Shown: piece after piece, positions 48,349 to 59,995 of the stretch
Layout: each line of letters starts with the position of its first letter
Position numbering within the stretch: the first letter of the stretch is position 1
DNA from: an uncultured delta proteobacterium
Lineage (GTDB): Bacteria > Myxococcota_A > Polyangia > Fen-1088
Reading direction: 5' to 3'
DNA length: 64,000 bases
NCBI GenBank assembly: GCA_963755125.1
Contig: CAVWIP010000017.1
Coordinates: forward strand, 128,001 to 192,000
Notes under the pieces: generated by a model
Told to the model about the DNA's origin: nothing
The model's database searches: none
Seen by the model: the letters and a program-made list of their open reading frames with translations, nothing else
Made by a program: the position numbers and the translations under genes

Positions 48349-49250
48349 TAGCGATACACCCCCAATCCGTGGCTGGGGACGAGCGGTTTGTGCGCGCTGG
48401 CTTCGGGATCTGCGGGCGGAGTGGGCGCCACCACGACCAGAACCTCGGACAGACGCGCGAAATCCACGTCAGGCGAGACTTCCAGTTCCTGCGACATCCC
48501 GACCGCGTTGCGGGCCACTTTGCTGATCTTGCCCACAGGGAGATCGCGGGGGAAACCGCCCAGGCCGCTGGTGACGACCAGATCGCCCTCTTTGGCCTGC
48601 TCGCCTTGCATCAGGTATTCGATGGCGCAGCGGTAGCCATTCTCGCCGGGCTTGCCGCGCAGAATGCCGCGACCCCCGGTGCGCGGCAGCACCACGTCGA
48701 TGGCCGAGCGGGGATCGACCGACAGCAGGATGTCCGAGGTGTCGCCTGCGACCCGGTTGATCCGACCGACCACACCGTCGGGCGTGATGATGGGCATGCC
48801 ACGGCTGACCAGGCCTTCACCGCGGTCGAGCTGGATGCGCGCCACGCGGAAGTAGGGCGAGACGTCGATGGCGATGACCCGCGCCACCAGGGTTTCCGTG
48901 GTCACGGCGTTGCGCAGGCCGAGCAGCCTCTGGAAGCGCACGCTCTCGGCGGCGCCGCGCTTGGCCTCGAGCAGTTCGGCGCGCAGACGGCCGTTCTCGT
49001 TGTGCAGGGCTTCGTTCTCGGCGCGCACGTGCACGAGATCGACGTACTGGCCGGCGGCGTGACCGATGCTGCGGGCCAGCCGGGCCATGCGCGACTGCAA
49101 GGGCGTGACCAGCGCCAGAATGCCGCGGTCCAGGGGCGACAAATACTCAGGCGACTTCGCACTCTGGCGCAGCAGGAACAAGGCGGTGAGGAAGGCCGCC
49201 GTGATGATCACAGCCTCGCGGATTTTCTGTCGGTGCCCCGACGGGAGCAT
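48348..49250 (-). CDS. mreC: Rod shape-determining protein MreC
   Basis: TM helix, coiled coil (ENEAL..EN..L), GVVGRI and VVTSGLGGFP motifs. Confidence 0.92.
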   Translation of the reverse strand: MLPSGHRQKIREAVIITAAFLTALFLLRQSAKSPEYLSPLDRGILALVTPLQSRMARLARSIGHAAGQYVDLVHVRAENEALHNENGRLRAELLEAKRGAAESVRFQRLLGLRNAVTTETLVARVIAIDVSPYFRVARIQLDRGEGLVSRGMPIITPDGVVGRINRVAGDTSDILLSVDPRSAIDVVLPRTGGRGILRGKPGENGYRCAIEYLMQGEQAKEGDLVVTSGLGGFPRDLPVGKISKVARNAVGMSQELEVSPDVDFARLSEVLVVVAPTPPADPEASAHKPLVPSHGLGVYR

Positions 49251-49327
49251 TCCTGCATGCACAGCGACAGCAAATGTAAGGCGGCCGGAGCGGGCGATCC
49301 ACTCGAAACGCCACGCGGACCCGAGGC

Positions 49328-50410
<1,083 letters not shown>

Positions 50411-50590
50411 TCAGTCCACCAGGGTAGCGGTATTATCACACAGCCACGCCATAAGCCAACCGCCGTTCGCGTTACTTGAAGTCGGAGCAGGGGTTCCGGG
50501 CCACGCATGGTGGTGCGCTTTCCCTGGCGAGCGTGCTAGATTGCCGCACCTTTTGACCTACCCGGCCCAGTGAAACGGAGGCTTTGCTAA

Positions 50591-52237
50591 ATGCTCGAGC
50601 AGATGCGTCAACAGTCCCGATCGCTGCTCATCTATCTATTGTTCTCGATCGTGATTGTCGTGTTCATCGTCAACTTCGGCCCGCAGTCCATCGGCGGCTG
50701 CGGCATGCGAATGCCACACCGAGTGACCGAAAGCGCGGCTCAGATCGAGGGCCGTACCCTAAGCCTCAAGGACTGGACGTACGCCTACACCGTGCTCAAC
50801 GTCGCGTCGATTCCCCCCCAGCAGGCCAAGCAGATGCGTTTGAAGGAAACCATCATGGATCTGCTCATCGATCGTGAGCTGCTGGCGGCCGAGGCCGAGC
50901 GGCTGGGCTTTCGCGTGGGCACGGATGAGGTCGAGGATCTGATCGCGGAATCCAAGATGGTCAGCATGGGGCGAGAGCAGAAGCTCCCCTACGTGGAACA
51001 CGAAGGCAAGTTCTCCTATGACAACTTCCGCAAGTTCGTGCAGTACCACCTGGGCATGTCACCCAAGTCCTTCATCGAACAGCAGCGCCGCGAGCTGATG
51101 GCGATCCGCATGCGGGATCTCTTGCGTTCGGGCGTGGGCGTGTCGGCGGACGAGGTGAGGGAGACTTACCTGCGCCAGTCCGACCGGGTCAACCTGGAGT
51201 ACTTGCGGTTCCCGATTCACCGCTACGAGAGCGAGGTCGAGTTGCGGCCCGACGAGATCGCGGCCTACACCAAGGCCAACGACGAGAAGCTGAAGAAGCT
51301 GTACGACCAGCGAAAGACGGCTCTCTATGAGAAGCAGCCCAAGCAGCGCAAGCTGCGCTTCCTGCTGGTCGCGGTTCCCAGTGACGCCGATCCGGACAAG
51401 ATGGCCGAGGCAGGGAAGCGGGCCGATGCCCTGGCCGTGCGCGTGCGCAAGGGCGAGCCGCTGGCCAAGCTGGCCAAGGCATCTTCTGATGATGCCAACA
51501 GCCGGGCGCGGGGCGGGGATCTGGGATGGCAACGCAAGGGTGGCACCACGCTTGGCTCCGAGGTCGAGGACAAGGTATGGGCCGCCAAGGACGGCGAACT
51601 GGTGGGACCGGTGAAGATCGCGGGCGGCCTGGCCTTGGTCGTGCCCGAGGCGATGCGCGAGGGCGATATTGCCTTCGAGCAGGCGCGTCTGGAGATTGCC
51701 GAGTCCGAGTTGCGCCAGGAGCGTTCACAGGCGCGCGCCAAGGCCGCGGCCGAGGCAGCCCTGGCCAAGGCCAAGGCCGAGCCCGGCAAGAGCCTGAAGG
51801 ATTTCTTTCCGGCCCCGGACAGCGACGACAAGAGTGGCAAGAAGGACACGTTGCAGGCGGAGGAGACCGGCCTGTTCGCGCGGCGTGGGGCCATGGTGCA
51901 GGGCATCGGTCCTGCGCCCACCGTGGCCAAGGCGGCCTTCGAGTTGACCGGCGAGGCCCCGCTCGGCGGGCCGTTCCAGGAACTGGGCAGCTTCATCGTG
52001 GTCAGGCTGAAGGAGCACACGAAGCCAGACATGGCCGAGTTCGAAAAGGAGAAGTCGCGCATGGTGGACGATGCCGTCCAGCAGAAAGCCCAGGCGGTAG
52101 TGATGGATTGGGCCCGTCGGCGTTGCCAGGAGGCCAAGGAAGCAAAGAAGATCGACGTGAACCTGGATCTTTTGCGCTACGAAGGCGGGCCGGAGGGTGC
52201 GGTGGCCTATGAGCCCTGTTCGCCGCCGCGGTTTTGA
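50591..52237 (+). CDS. SurA-N/PpiD-like periplasmic chaperone/PPIase
   Basis: MLEQMR plus N-terminal TM, LIDRELL..EAERLG..V, and parvulin-like S.D..SRARGGDLGW. Confidence 0.85.
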   Translation: MLEQMRQQSRSLLIYLLFSIVIVVFIVNFGPQSIGGCGMRMPHRVTESAAQIEGRTLSLKDWTYAYTVLNVASIPPQQAKQMRLKETIMDLLIDRELLAAEAERLGFRVGTDEVEDLIAESKMVSMGREQKLPYVEHEGKFSYDNFRKFVQYHLGMSPKSFIEQQRRELMAIRMRDLLRSGVGVSADEVRETYLRQSDRVNLEYLRFPIHRYESEVELRPDEIAAYTKANDEKLKKLYDQRKTALYEKQPKQRKLRFLLVAVPSDADPDKMAEAGKRADALAVRVRKGEPLAKLAKASSDDANSRARGGDLGWQRKGGTTLGSEVEDKVWAAKDGELVGPVKIAGGLALVVPEAMREGDIAFEQARLEIAESELRQERSQARAKAAAEAALAKAKAEPGKSLKDFFPAPDSDDKSGKKDTLQAEETGLFARRGAMVQGIGPAPTVAKAAFELTGEAPLGGPFQELGSFIVVRLKEHTKPDMAEFEKEKSRMVDDAVQQKAQAVVMDWARRRCQEAKEAKKIDVNLDLLRYEGGPEGAVAYEPCSPPRF

Positions 52238-52261
52238 AAAGAACACATCCCGCCTGACCCA

Positions 52262-52951
52262 ATGAGCGCCAACCAGGGCCCGCGGGATGGGTGGCAACGG
52301 CCTTCCGGCGAGACCATTCGGCCGCTGGCGCGCCGGCCTCGCTGGGTCACCGTGCTCGCCGTGCTCATGCTGCTGGCGGGTGCGCGTCTGTTCCTCGGCA
52401 GCTTGACCGACCTGCGCCGGCTGGCGACGGGCCGATCGATGGCCGAGGTCAGCCTGGACGGTCTGGCCGACGCCAATCAGGAAGTGCTCCTGCGCGGGCA
52501 GATCGCCCTGGACGAGGCCGTGGATCGGGTTCACCCCGCCTCGGCCTGGGTGCAGGCCGTGGCCCGTCTCGCGCTGGCGCTGGTGTTCCTCTTCGCCGTG
52601 GCCGCGGTGTTCTCCGACGATCCCCGCGCTCGGCGTGCCAGCGTGGTCGCGGCGTGGTCCGGGATGGCCTTGCACGCTGGCAGCGCGCTCTTCGTGCTCG
52701 CGGTCGTGCGCAAGGGGGTCACGGATGCGCTGCCCGTGTTGCAGCAGGTGGCCGCCAAGGCCCACGCACGAACCGGGGACGCGCCGCCCGCTCAGGCCGA
52801 CCTGGCGCAACTCGCTTCCACCCTCATGATTCAGGTGCCCCTGTTCACGTCAGCCCTGGGCGTCCTGTTCAGCATCTTGCTCCTGGTCACCTTCGGTGGA
52901 CGCCGCGGCCGCCTGTTCTACAATGGCGGGGTGAAGGCGGATCATGTCTGA
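52262..52951 (+). CDS. Hypothetical membrane protein
   Basis: About four hydrophobic segments; operonic position. Confidence 0.7.
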   Translation: MSANQGPRDGWQRPSGETIRPLARRPRWVTVLAVLMLLAGARLFLGSLTDLRRLATGRSMAEVSLDGLADANQEVLLRGQIALDEAVDRVHPASAWVQAVARLALALVFLFAVAAVFSDDPRARRASVVAAWSGMALHAGSALFVLAVVRKGVTDALPVLQQVAAKAHARTGDAPPAQADLAQLASTLMIQVPLFTSALGVLFSILLLVTFGGRRGRLFYNGGVKADHV

Positions 52952-55900
52952 CATCGAAGGGGCATTCCGACTGACCTTCGTCGAGGGGCGAGGCCTGCTG
53001 AGCCTGGCTGCTCGGGACATCGCTGCCTTTGGTCGTGTGGAGAAGCTGGAGTTGGAGATCCCCAACCTGCGTTTCCCGTTCGATCTTTCGGGGGGAGTGA
53101 CCCGGTTCAAGAATCATCGTCTCAGGCTGCGCGAGATGGCGGTGTCCTTCGAGGCCAATGATTTGGCCGGGTTTTTGCGCGTGGCGCGCCTGGCGGACTA
53201 TGGGCTCCACGGCCCGGAGGTGGAGATCGATGACGGCCTGGTTCGCATCGGAGCGCGGGCCGTGCTCGGGGATCGGCAGGCCGAATTCACCGCCACCGGC
53301 GCACTCACCATGGTGCAGCCCGGCCGCGCACGCCTGTCGATGTTCGACGTGCGCGTGTATGGCTTCCTTCCCGTGCCTCCGCCCTTGCTTGTGACCGCGC
53401 TGTTCACGGCCTTGGGCGCGGCTCCCTCGCAAAGGTCCGACGAGGGCGTGGCCCCGTTGCTGCACATCGAGGGCGCAACCGATCTGGAGATCGATGCGCG
53501 CGAACTGGCCTTGCTCGCGCTTCTGCCCATGCACGGGTGGCGGATGCCCGAGCGCCGGCACCTGGACGGAACCGCGTTGCGCGCCGAGGCTGCCGGGCAA
53601 CGCCTGACGGTCGCCTTCTTCCCATCTCAGGACGCCCACGAGCAGGCGGCGTCCTCGGCGATGCCGGATCGTCTGGCCGAGTACACGGCGGCCACCAGCC
53701 GGCTGGCGGCCGCCGAGAGTGCCCTGCTGGCGGGGGACCTGCCCAGCGCGCTCGAGAGCTATCGACAGGCGGCACCTGTGGAGAGCGGGGATCAAGCGGC
53801 GACGGCCCGCCTGCTGAATCTGCTCACTTCGGCCGTCGAGACGTTGACCGAGGCGGAAAACACGGCGTCGGCCGCGCTGGAACGCTGGCCAGGCCTGGCC
53901 AGCGCTTTCTTGGTCGAAGCCATCGCCGCCAGCGAGAGCGGTCGCCCAGCGCAGGCAGCCGAGTTGTTCGAAAATCTGGCCGGAAGCAACCACGGCTCAC
54001 GCATGGACCGCGCGTTTGCTCTGCTGGCAGCGGCACGGCACTGGGCGCGGGCCGAGCAGATGGACCGCGCCGTCAAGGCGCTGGAAGAGTCGCTTGCCCA
54101 TCGCTCGATGATTGGCCCTGCGGTTCGCGCCCTGGCCTTGCGTTTCGGGGCCGAGGGTCGCTGGGACGAGATCTTGCCCATGCTGGCGCGGCGGGCGCTT
54201 CACGCCAAGCCGGGATCGTCGGATGACGTGGGTGCCGCCATCGAGATGGCCGAACTGGCGGTGGCCTCGGGCGAGCCGGACCTTTGCGCCAAGGCGGTGG
54301 ATGTCCTCGACGGCCTGCTGCTGCGCGAGGACTGGCCCGATCCCGCCGTGCCGCGTGCCGAGGCCGCGCGGCAGATGGCCGCGCTGTGCTCGGTGCTAGG
54401 GGACGAGGAGGCCGCCATCGAGTGGCTGAATGACTGCCTGCAGAGTGAGGCGCCGGGTTCGACCGCGCAGGCCGCCCGGCAACGTCTGGTGGACATATAC
54501 GCACAGCGAGGTGACGCCCGAGCAGCAGTGCAAGCGCTGACGGCGTGGGCTGGCGATGCGCGCACCCCCGACGCCGCCGAGCAAAGGGCGGCGTGCTTGT
54601 GCGAGGCGGCGCGCTTGCTACGCGAGACGTTGTCAGAGAGAGAGGAAGCGGTGAGCCTGCTGGAATCGGCTTTGCGCGTGGATCCCACCTGCGTGCCGGC
54701 CCTGGATGCTTTGCAGGCAATCGCGGGAGAGACCGGCAACTGGGCCGGGCTGGCCGAGGTGCTGCACCGGCGACTGGCCGAGGTGAGGCCAGAAGATGCA
54801 AAGGTGCTGCTGCAGCGACTGGGCTCGGTGTTGGCAGACAGGCTGCGGGACGAGGAGCAGGCGGTGGCCACCTACCGGGTACTGCTCGATCTCGACCCGG
54901 CCATTGCGGAGGCGCGGCTTGGCCTGGCCCGCCTGCTTTGGCGGGCAGGGGAGCGGGAGGAGAGTCAACGTGAGTACGGCGAGTTACTCCATCATCCGGC
55001 GTGCACCACCGCGATGATGGGCGAGGCCTACCTGTGCTTCGCACAGACGGCACAGCAGGCAGGCCAGGCGCCGCAGGTCGAGGCCGCGATCGCCGCGGCC
55101 CTCTCGCTGGAGCCCGACGGGGCGCCTCTCGACCTGCTGGTCGCGGGTCTGCGGGAACTCGGGCAAGGAACCAAGCTGGCCGAGTGCCTGGTCATGCGCG
55201 AGCAAGCGCTGGATGACGGCCCGGCGCGCATCGCGGTCACGCAGGCGCTGGCCGAGGTGCTGGAGCAGATGGGTAAGCTCGACGAGGCGGAGGCGGCCTG
55301 CCGCCGTCTTCTTGAGCAGGCTCCCGACGACCTGCGCGGCCTCGCGCGTCTGGCCGCGATCTGTCGCCAGCAATCCCGCAGCGACGAGCTGACGGCGCTG
55401 CTCGATCGGCTGTGGGCGGCTCTCGACGGTCAGCAGGTGCCTGACGGACTGAGCCTGGAGGCCATCGGGCTGGAGTTGGCCGACCTGCTGTTGCAGAAGG
55501 ACGAAGGCCGTGGCCAGGCGGAGTCGATCCTGCGACGCCTGGCCGATCGAGGCTCGCGCGCCGCCCTGGAGGCGCTCAGCGCGTTTCTTACCAAAAAAGG
55601 GGCGCTGGACGAAGCGGACGCCTTGTTGCTGGCACGGGTGGACAGCGAGGCCGAAGGAGCGACCGCAGCGGCCCTCCTGGTCGAGCGAGCCCGCTTGCAC
55701 CTGGTCCGGCCCGAGGGTGAAGGTCCCGCGCTCATGCTCTTGCAGTCGGTGGGACGCGCGGTCTTGCCCGACGATGCGCTCGGCCTGCGCGCCGATTTGG
55801 CGGAGAAGGCTGGCGACGTCATCGACGCACTCGCTTGCTGGCAAAGTCTGCGTGCGCTTCGCAAGGACAACCGCGCGGCGCGGGACGAAGTGGATCGACG

Positions 55901-58433
55901 GCTGGCGGCGCTGGTGGTGCGTCCCACGGTGTCGACGGAAACCGCGCGAGCCATGCTGGAGGAACTGCACAACGCCAATCCCTCGGATGAGGCGTTGGCC
56001 GCGTCACTGTTCGAAGTGTACGGGCGGCAGCAGAACATCGAGGAGCGCAACCGGGTTTGGGGCGCCTTGCTGGAACAGGTGCCCGGCCTGCCGGCTGTCT
56101 GTCACGCCCGCTGGCACCTGGCCCAGGCCGAGGCCGCCGAGCGGAGCGGGAACGCTGCCCTGGCCGAAGATGAGCTGGCGCGTGCCAGCGCTCTCGACAG
56201 GGGAGCACAGGCTCGCGCGGGCCAGCTTGCCGTGCAGGCGCGCCTCGCCGCCGGGCGGGGCCAGCTCGACGAGGCCGGGGCTTTGCTCGACGAGGCGCTG
56301 GCGCTCTCGCCCGACCACGGCAGCGTTCTGGCGGCGCAGGCCGACCTGGCCTATCGCGCGCAGGAGTGGGACAAGGCGCGGCAGGCCTATGCGCGCCTGG
56401 CTGTGCTGCCCGACGCGGCTGCGGCCTATGCTCCTGACAAGCTGGCCCTGCGTCGCGCGGAGCTGGCCGAGATGTTCGGTGACTCCGGGGATGCGGAGAA
56501 CGCCTACCAGGATCTGGCCCGTCTGGATCCGCAGCACGCGGGTGCGCGTGAGGCGCTGGCAGGCTTTGCGCTCGCGCGCAACGACCGGGCTGGCGCCGTG
56601 GCCAAGCTGGAGGAGGTGCTGCGCCTGCTGCCGCGCGATGCGGTCACGCGCTTGACTGACATCCGGCACCGACTGGGCGAAACCTACCTCGCTCTCGGCA
56701 ACCTTGCCGCCGCCCGGGAGAACCTCGAGATGGCGCTGGCCAGCGACCCGGACCGCGCCGGGGTTCTCGAAAGCCTGGTGGAAACCTATCAGCAGCTTGG
56801 CCTGCATCGCGAAGCGGCCGCGGGCTGTGAGCGCCTGGCGCGCAAGCTTGACGATCCCCATAAGAAGGCCGAGGCCATCTATCGCAGAGGAGAGATTCTG
56901 CGGGTCGCGCTCGGCGATCTGGAAGGAGCCAACGACGCGTACCTGCGCTCCTCGGATCTGGATCCCAGCTTTGCTCCCACGCAGGCTCGCCTGGTGACCT
57001 ACTACTGGCAACGGGGAGATCTCGGCAACCTGGCCGAGGTGGGCAGTGGCCTGATTCGCGCGGCGTCCTCGCCGCTGCCGGGCGAGCCCGACCTTCCCTT
57101 GTTGGTGGCGTTGGCCGCCATTGTGGCCAGCAAGGACGAGGAGCTGGTTCGCACAGCGCTGGCCGAGGTGATTTTCGACGCGGAACCGGTAGCCCGTCGT
57201 CTGGGCGAGCTGGTCCGCATGCTGTGCAAGCCCGCCTCGCCGGGCTCGGCGGCATCGAGCGGCAGCGAGAGTGGCGTGCGCAAGTTGCCGGGTACGGTCG
57301 CGCCGGGCGGCAGCGAGAGTGGCATGCGCAAGTTGCAGAGCGCCGAGCGCGGCATCTTCGAGAAGCTGGACGCGGTGTTTGCGTCCCTCCGCACAGCAAC
57401 ACCGCTGCAATTCGAGGCGGACCTGTGCGCGGCCGCGCTCCGCAGCGTGCTGGGCGATCCTGCGGATCTCGGGCCGGCCTTGCTCGCCGCCTACCTGCAA
57501 CAGCGATGTGGACGGCCCGCCCTGGCACGGGCGGCACGGGATTTGGCTCTCTTCCTCGACCCGGAGCTGCCACTCAAGGGAAGTATCGCCAGCCTGGGCG
57601 CCCACAACCCTGCGCGCGCGACTGCGTGGAGCCCGACGGTGGCCGAGCATCCCCTTTGCCGCGGACCCTTGCGTCGCGTGCTGCGTGCGCTGGCGCCGGC
57701 CTTGGCCGAGATGCCCCATGCTGGGGGCGCTCCCGTGGAAGGGGCGCCGCTGCAACCCAAGGCCGAGAGCGTCTTCAGGGAGCTACGCGACCAACTGGGG
57801 GCTCCTGTCCCGCGAGCCGTGGTGCGGGGCGCGGGGGCCGAGGTCACCTTCGCGGTCACGCAGCCGCTGACGGTCGTCGTGGGAGAGCGGGCCGAGAGCC
57901 TGGATGTCGCCGAGTTGTGCTTCCTCGTCGGGCGCGCGCTCGAGCAGGCGCGCGCGGGGACACTGGCGGTGGCGCGTCTGTCGGTCGGCGACCTGCGCGC
58001 GCTCTTGCGCGGGGTCATTCGCGCGGTGTCTCTGGGGGCATCCGACGGAGAAGCAGGCGGGAAGGACAGTGAGAACGATCGTGCGGGCCACTGGGCGGCG
58101 CTGCTGTCGCAGCCCCCGACCGACAGGCTCATGCCCACAGGGAAGGTCCGCGCCGACTTGCTGGTCGAGGCGGGCGAGGCGCTGGCGCGGCCCCCAGACC
58201 TGGAAGGCTACGTGCGTGGCTGCCGCTACACAGCCGACCGGGTCGGACTGCTCTGCTGCGGAAGCCCCTTGGTGGCGCTGCGAGCCCTGGCTGGCCAGTT
58301 CAAGCACGATGGAACCTCGCCAGCCGAGGTGGGCCGGGGTGAAAGGCAGGAGCGAGTGCGCAGCTCGACAGCCATGCGCGAGAACATCGCGTTCATGCTG
58401 TCGGACGAGTACGCATCCTTGGTCGAAGACTAG
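52944..58433 (+). CDS. Giant TPR-repeat protein (myxobacterial type)
   Basis: 1829 aa with many A...Y..(A/V)L.LDP TPR motifs and a C-terminal TADRVGLL segment. Confidence 0.85.
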   Translation: MSDIEGAFRLTFVEGRGLLSLAARDIAAFGRVEKLELEIPNLRFPFDLSGGVTRFKNHRLRLREMAVSFEANDLAGFLRVARLADYGLHGPEVEIDDGLVRIGARAVLGDRQAEFTATGALTMVQPGRARLSMFDVRVYGFLPVPPPLLVTALFTALGAAPSQRSDEGVAPLLHIEGATDLEIDARELALLALLPMHGWRMPERRHLDGTALRAEAAGQRLTVAFFPSQDAHEQAASSAMPDRLAEYTAATSRLAAAESALLAGDLPSALESYRQAAPVESGDQAATARLLNLLTSAVETLTEAENTASAALERWPGLASAFLVEAIAASESGRPAQAAELFENLAGSNHGSRMDRAFALLAAARHWARAEQMDRAVKALEESLAHRSMIGPAVRALALRFGAEGRWDEILPMLARRALHAKPGSSDDVGAAIEMAELAVASGEPDLCAKAVDVLDGLLLREDWPDPAVPRAEAARQMAALCSVLGDEEAAIEWLNDCLQSEAPGSTAQAARQRLVDIYAQRGDARAAVQALTAWAGDARTPDAAEQRAACLCEAARLLRETLSEREEAVSLLESALRVDPTCVPALDALQAIAGETGNWAGLAEVLHRRLAEVRPEDAKVLLQRLGSVLADRLRDEEQAVATYRVLLDLDPAIAEARLGLARLLWRAGEREESQREYGELLHHPACTTAMMGEAYLCFAQTAQQAGQAPQVEAAIAAALSLEPDGAPLDLLVAGLRELGQGTKLAECLVMREQALDDGPARIAVTQALAEVLEQMGKLDEAEAACRRLLEQAPDDLRGLARLAAICRQQSRSDELTALLDRLWAALDGQQVPDGLSLEAIGLELADLLLQKDEGRGQAESILRRLADRGSRAALEALSAFLTKKGALDEADALLLARVDSEAEGATAAALLVERARLHLVRPEGEGPALMLLQSVGRAVLPDDALGLRADLAEKAGDVIDALACWQSLRALRKDNRAARDEVDRRLAALVVRPTVSTETARAMLEELHNANPSDEALAASLFEVYGRQQNIEERNRVWGALLEQVPGLPAVCHARWHLAQAEAAERSGNAALAEDELARASALDRGAQARAGQLAVQARLAAGRGQLDEAGALLDEALALSPDHGSVLAAQADLAYRAQEWDKARQAYARLAVLPDAAAAYAPDKLALRRAELAEMFGDSGDAENAYQDLARLDPQHAGAREALAGFALARNDRAGAVAKLEEVLRLLPRDAVTRLTDIRHRLGETYLALGNLAAARENLEMALASDPDRAGVLESLVETYQQLGLHREAAAGCERLARKLDDPHKKAEAIYRRGEILRVALGDLEGANDAYLRSSDLDPSFAPTQARLVTYYWQRGDLGNLAEVGSGLIRAASSPLPGEPDLPLLVALAAIVASKDEELVRTALAEVIFDAEPVARRLGELVRMLCKPASPGSAASSGSESGVRKLPGTVAPGGSESGMRKLQSAERGIFEKLDAVFASLRTATPLQFEADLCAAALRSVLGDPADLGPALLAAYLQQRCGRPALARAARDLALFLDPELPLKGSIASLGAHNPARATAWSPTVAEHPLCRGPLRRVLRALAPALAEMPHAGGAPVEGAPLQPKAESVFRELRDQLGAPVPRAVVRGAGAEVTFAVTQPLTVVVGERAESLDVAELCFLVGRALEQARAGTLAVARLSVGDLRALLRGVIRAVSLGASDGEAGGKDSENDRAGHWAALLSQPPTDRLMPTGKVRADLLVEAGEALARPPDLEGYVRGCRYTADRVGLLCCGSPLVALRALAGQFKHDGTSPAEVGRGERQERVRSSTAMRENIAFMLSDEYASLVED

Positions 58434-58465
58434 GCAAACGATGCCTCAAGCCACTGAAGCAACGA

Positions 58466-58581
58466 CGGCCGACGATCTGCCCCGATGGCTGCGTCGGGCC
58501 TGCGCTTCCGGTCCTCAAGTACATCAGTACGTTCCGGTCCGGTTCTCGGCCCTCCTTGTCCTCGGGCCTGCTTGTCGGCCG
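58466..58581. repeat. Long imperfect palindrome (REP/MITE-like or structured RNA)
   Basis: Nested pairings CGGCCGAC/GTCGGCCG, CCCGA/TCGGG, GGGCC/GGCCC, CCGG/CCGG and GTAC/GTAC. Confidence 0.55.
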
Positions 58582-58637
58582 GATTCAAAGCGTGATCGCG
58601 ATCTTCTTCGATCTGCCCCTGCTAGGGGGACTAGAGC

Positions 58638-59498
58638 GTGATTGGAGTCTTTGACTCGGGGTTCGGCGGACTGACGGTACTGACCGCGCTGATTGAGCGG
58701 CTGTCCGACTATGACTATCTCTATCTCGGCGACAGCGCGCGGGCGCCCTATGGCCCTCGCAGTTTGGAGGTCGTGCACAGCTTCACGCGCGAGGCGGTGG
58801 AGTATCTCTTCGATGCCGGCTGCCCTTTGGTCGTGTTGGCCTGCAATACCGCCTCGGCGCAGGCCCTGCGCACCCTGCAGCAACGGCATCTCCCGGCCCA
58901 CCGGCCGGACCGGCGCATCCTGGGTGTGGTGAGACCATCGGCCGAGGCGCTGGCCGGGCTGGCCCCGGGCGCCATCCCGGGCGTGACCGAGCCGGCCCTC
59001 ACCACCGGCACGGTGGCGGTGCTGGGCACCAAGGGCACGGTGGCGTCGGGATCGTATGCGATCGAGTTGGCAAAACTGGCGCCCGGGCTACGTCTGATTC
59101 AGCAGGCGTGTCCGCTGTGGGTTCCCCTGGTCGAAGCCGGCGAACTGTCAGGGCCGGGCACCGAATATTTCTTGCACCAGAATCTGGATCCTCTCTTCGC
59201 GGCGCCCGATCCGCCCGGCCGCGTGCTGCTCGGGTGTACGCACTACCCGTTGCTGCTGCCCGCGATTCGCACCATGGTGCCAGCTTCTGTCGAGATCATC
59301 GCGCAAGGCGGGCTGGTAGCCGATCGCCTCGCCGACTGGCTGCAGCGGCATCCCGAGATGGAGCGGCGGCTGTCGCGCAAGCGCACCCGGCGCTACGCCA
59401 CCACCGACGATCCGGTGTGGTTCGCCCGGCAGGGACAGAACATCCTGTCGACGTCGATCGAGGTCGAGCAGGTGCGGCTGAAACCTTGGAACAGATAG
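58638..59498 (+). CDS. murI: Glutamate racemase
   Basis: IGVFDSGFGGLTV, D.ARAPYG, LACNTAS and LGCTHYP motifs. Confidence 0.96.
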   Translation: MIGVFDSGFGGLTVLTALIERLSDYDYLYLGDSARAPYGPRSLEVVHSFTREAVEYLFDAGCPLVVLACNTASAQALRTLQQRHLPAHRPDRRILGVVRPSAEALAGLAPGAIPGVTEPALTTGTVAVLGTKGTVASGSYAIELAKLAPGLRLIQQACPLWVPLVEAGELSGPGTEYFLHQNLDPLFAAPDPPGRVLLGCTHYPLLLPAIRTMVPASVEIIAQGGLVADRLADWLQRHPEMERRLSRKRTRRYATTDDPVWFARQGQNILSTSIEVEQVRLKPWNR

Positions 59499-59554
59499 CC
59501 GGGCTTGACCGCGAGACGCAACCCGCCGATGCTAGTGCGCGAGGCATGTGTCCC

Positions 59555-59986
59555 ATGCGCCGGCACCTTCTCTTCCTTTTCGCGATTTCCTGTCTTGGTC
59601 AGTTGGCCTGTCGCGGATCGAGATCGAGCATGTGCCCCGAGGGCATGTCCCTTGACGACACGCACTCACGGCCCGCCCAGTTCGTATGGTGTCGCGACCG
59701 GGATAGCAAGCGCGCTCAGTACATCGAGTTCCAGCCCGGCGGCAAGGACAAGCGGCAGATGTGTGATTTTCGCGACGGCCGCGCCGAGGGGCGCTTTGTC
59801 GCCTGGTTTCCCAATGGGAAGGTGTGGCTGTCCGGCCAGTTTGCGGCCGGTCGTCCGCAGGGGCGCTGGAGTCAATGGGACAAGTCAGGCTCGATGGCGG
59901 CCGAGGGCGAGTATCGTGACGGGCGTTTCGTCGCCGGCGCGCCGGTGGCCAGCTCGGCGCTGTGCGACAAGCTGCACCCGCCGTAG
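59555..59986 (+). CDS. MORN-variant repeat lipoprotein
   Basis: QLAC lipobox; G...AWFPNG...G.F..G...G.W..W...G....GEYRDG repeats. Confidence 0.7.
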   Translation: MRRHLLFLFAISCLGQLACRGSRSSMCPEGMSLDDTHSRPAQFVWCRDRDSKRAQYIEFQPGGKDKRQMCDFRDGRAEGRFVAWFPNGKVWLSGQFAAGRPQGRWSQWDKSGSMAAEGEYRDGRFVAGAPVASSALCDKLHPP

Positions 59987-59995
59987 GCACAGGTG

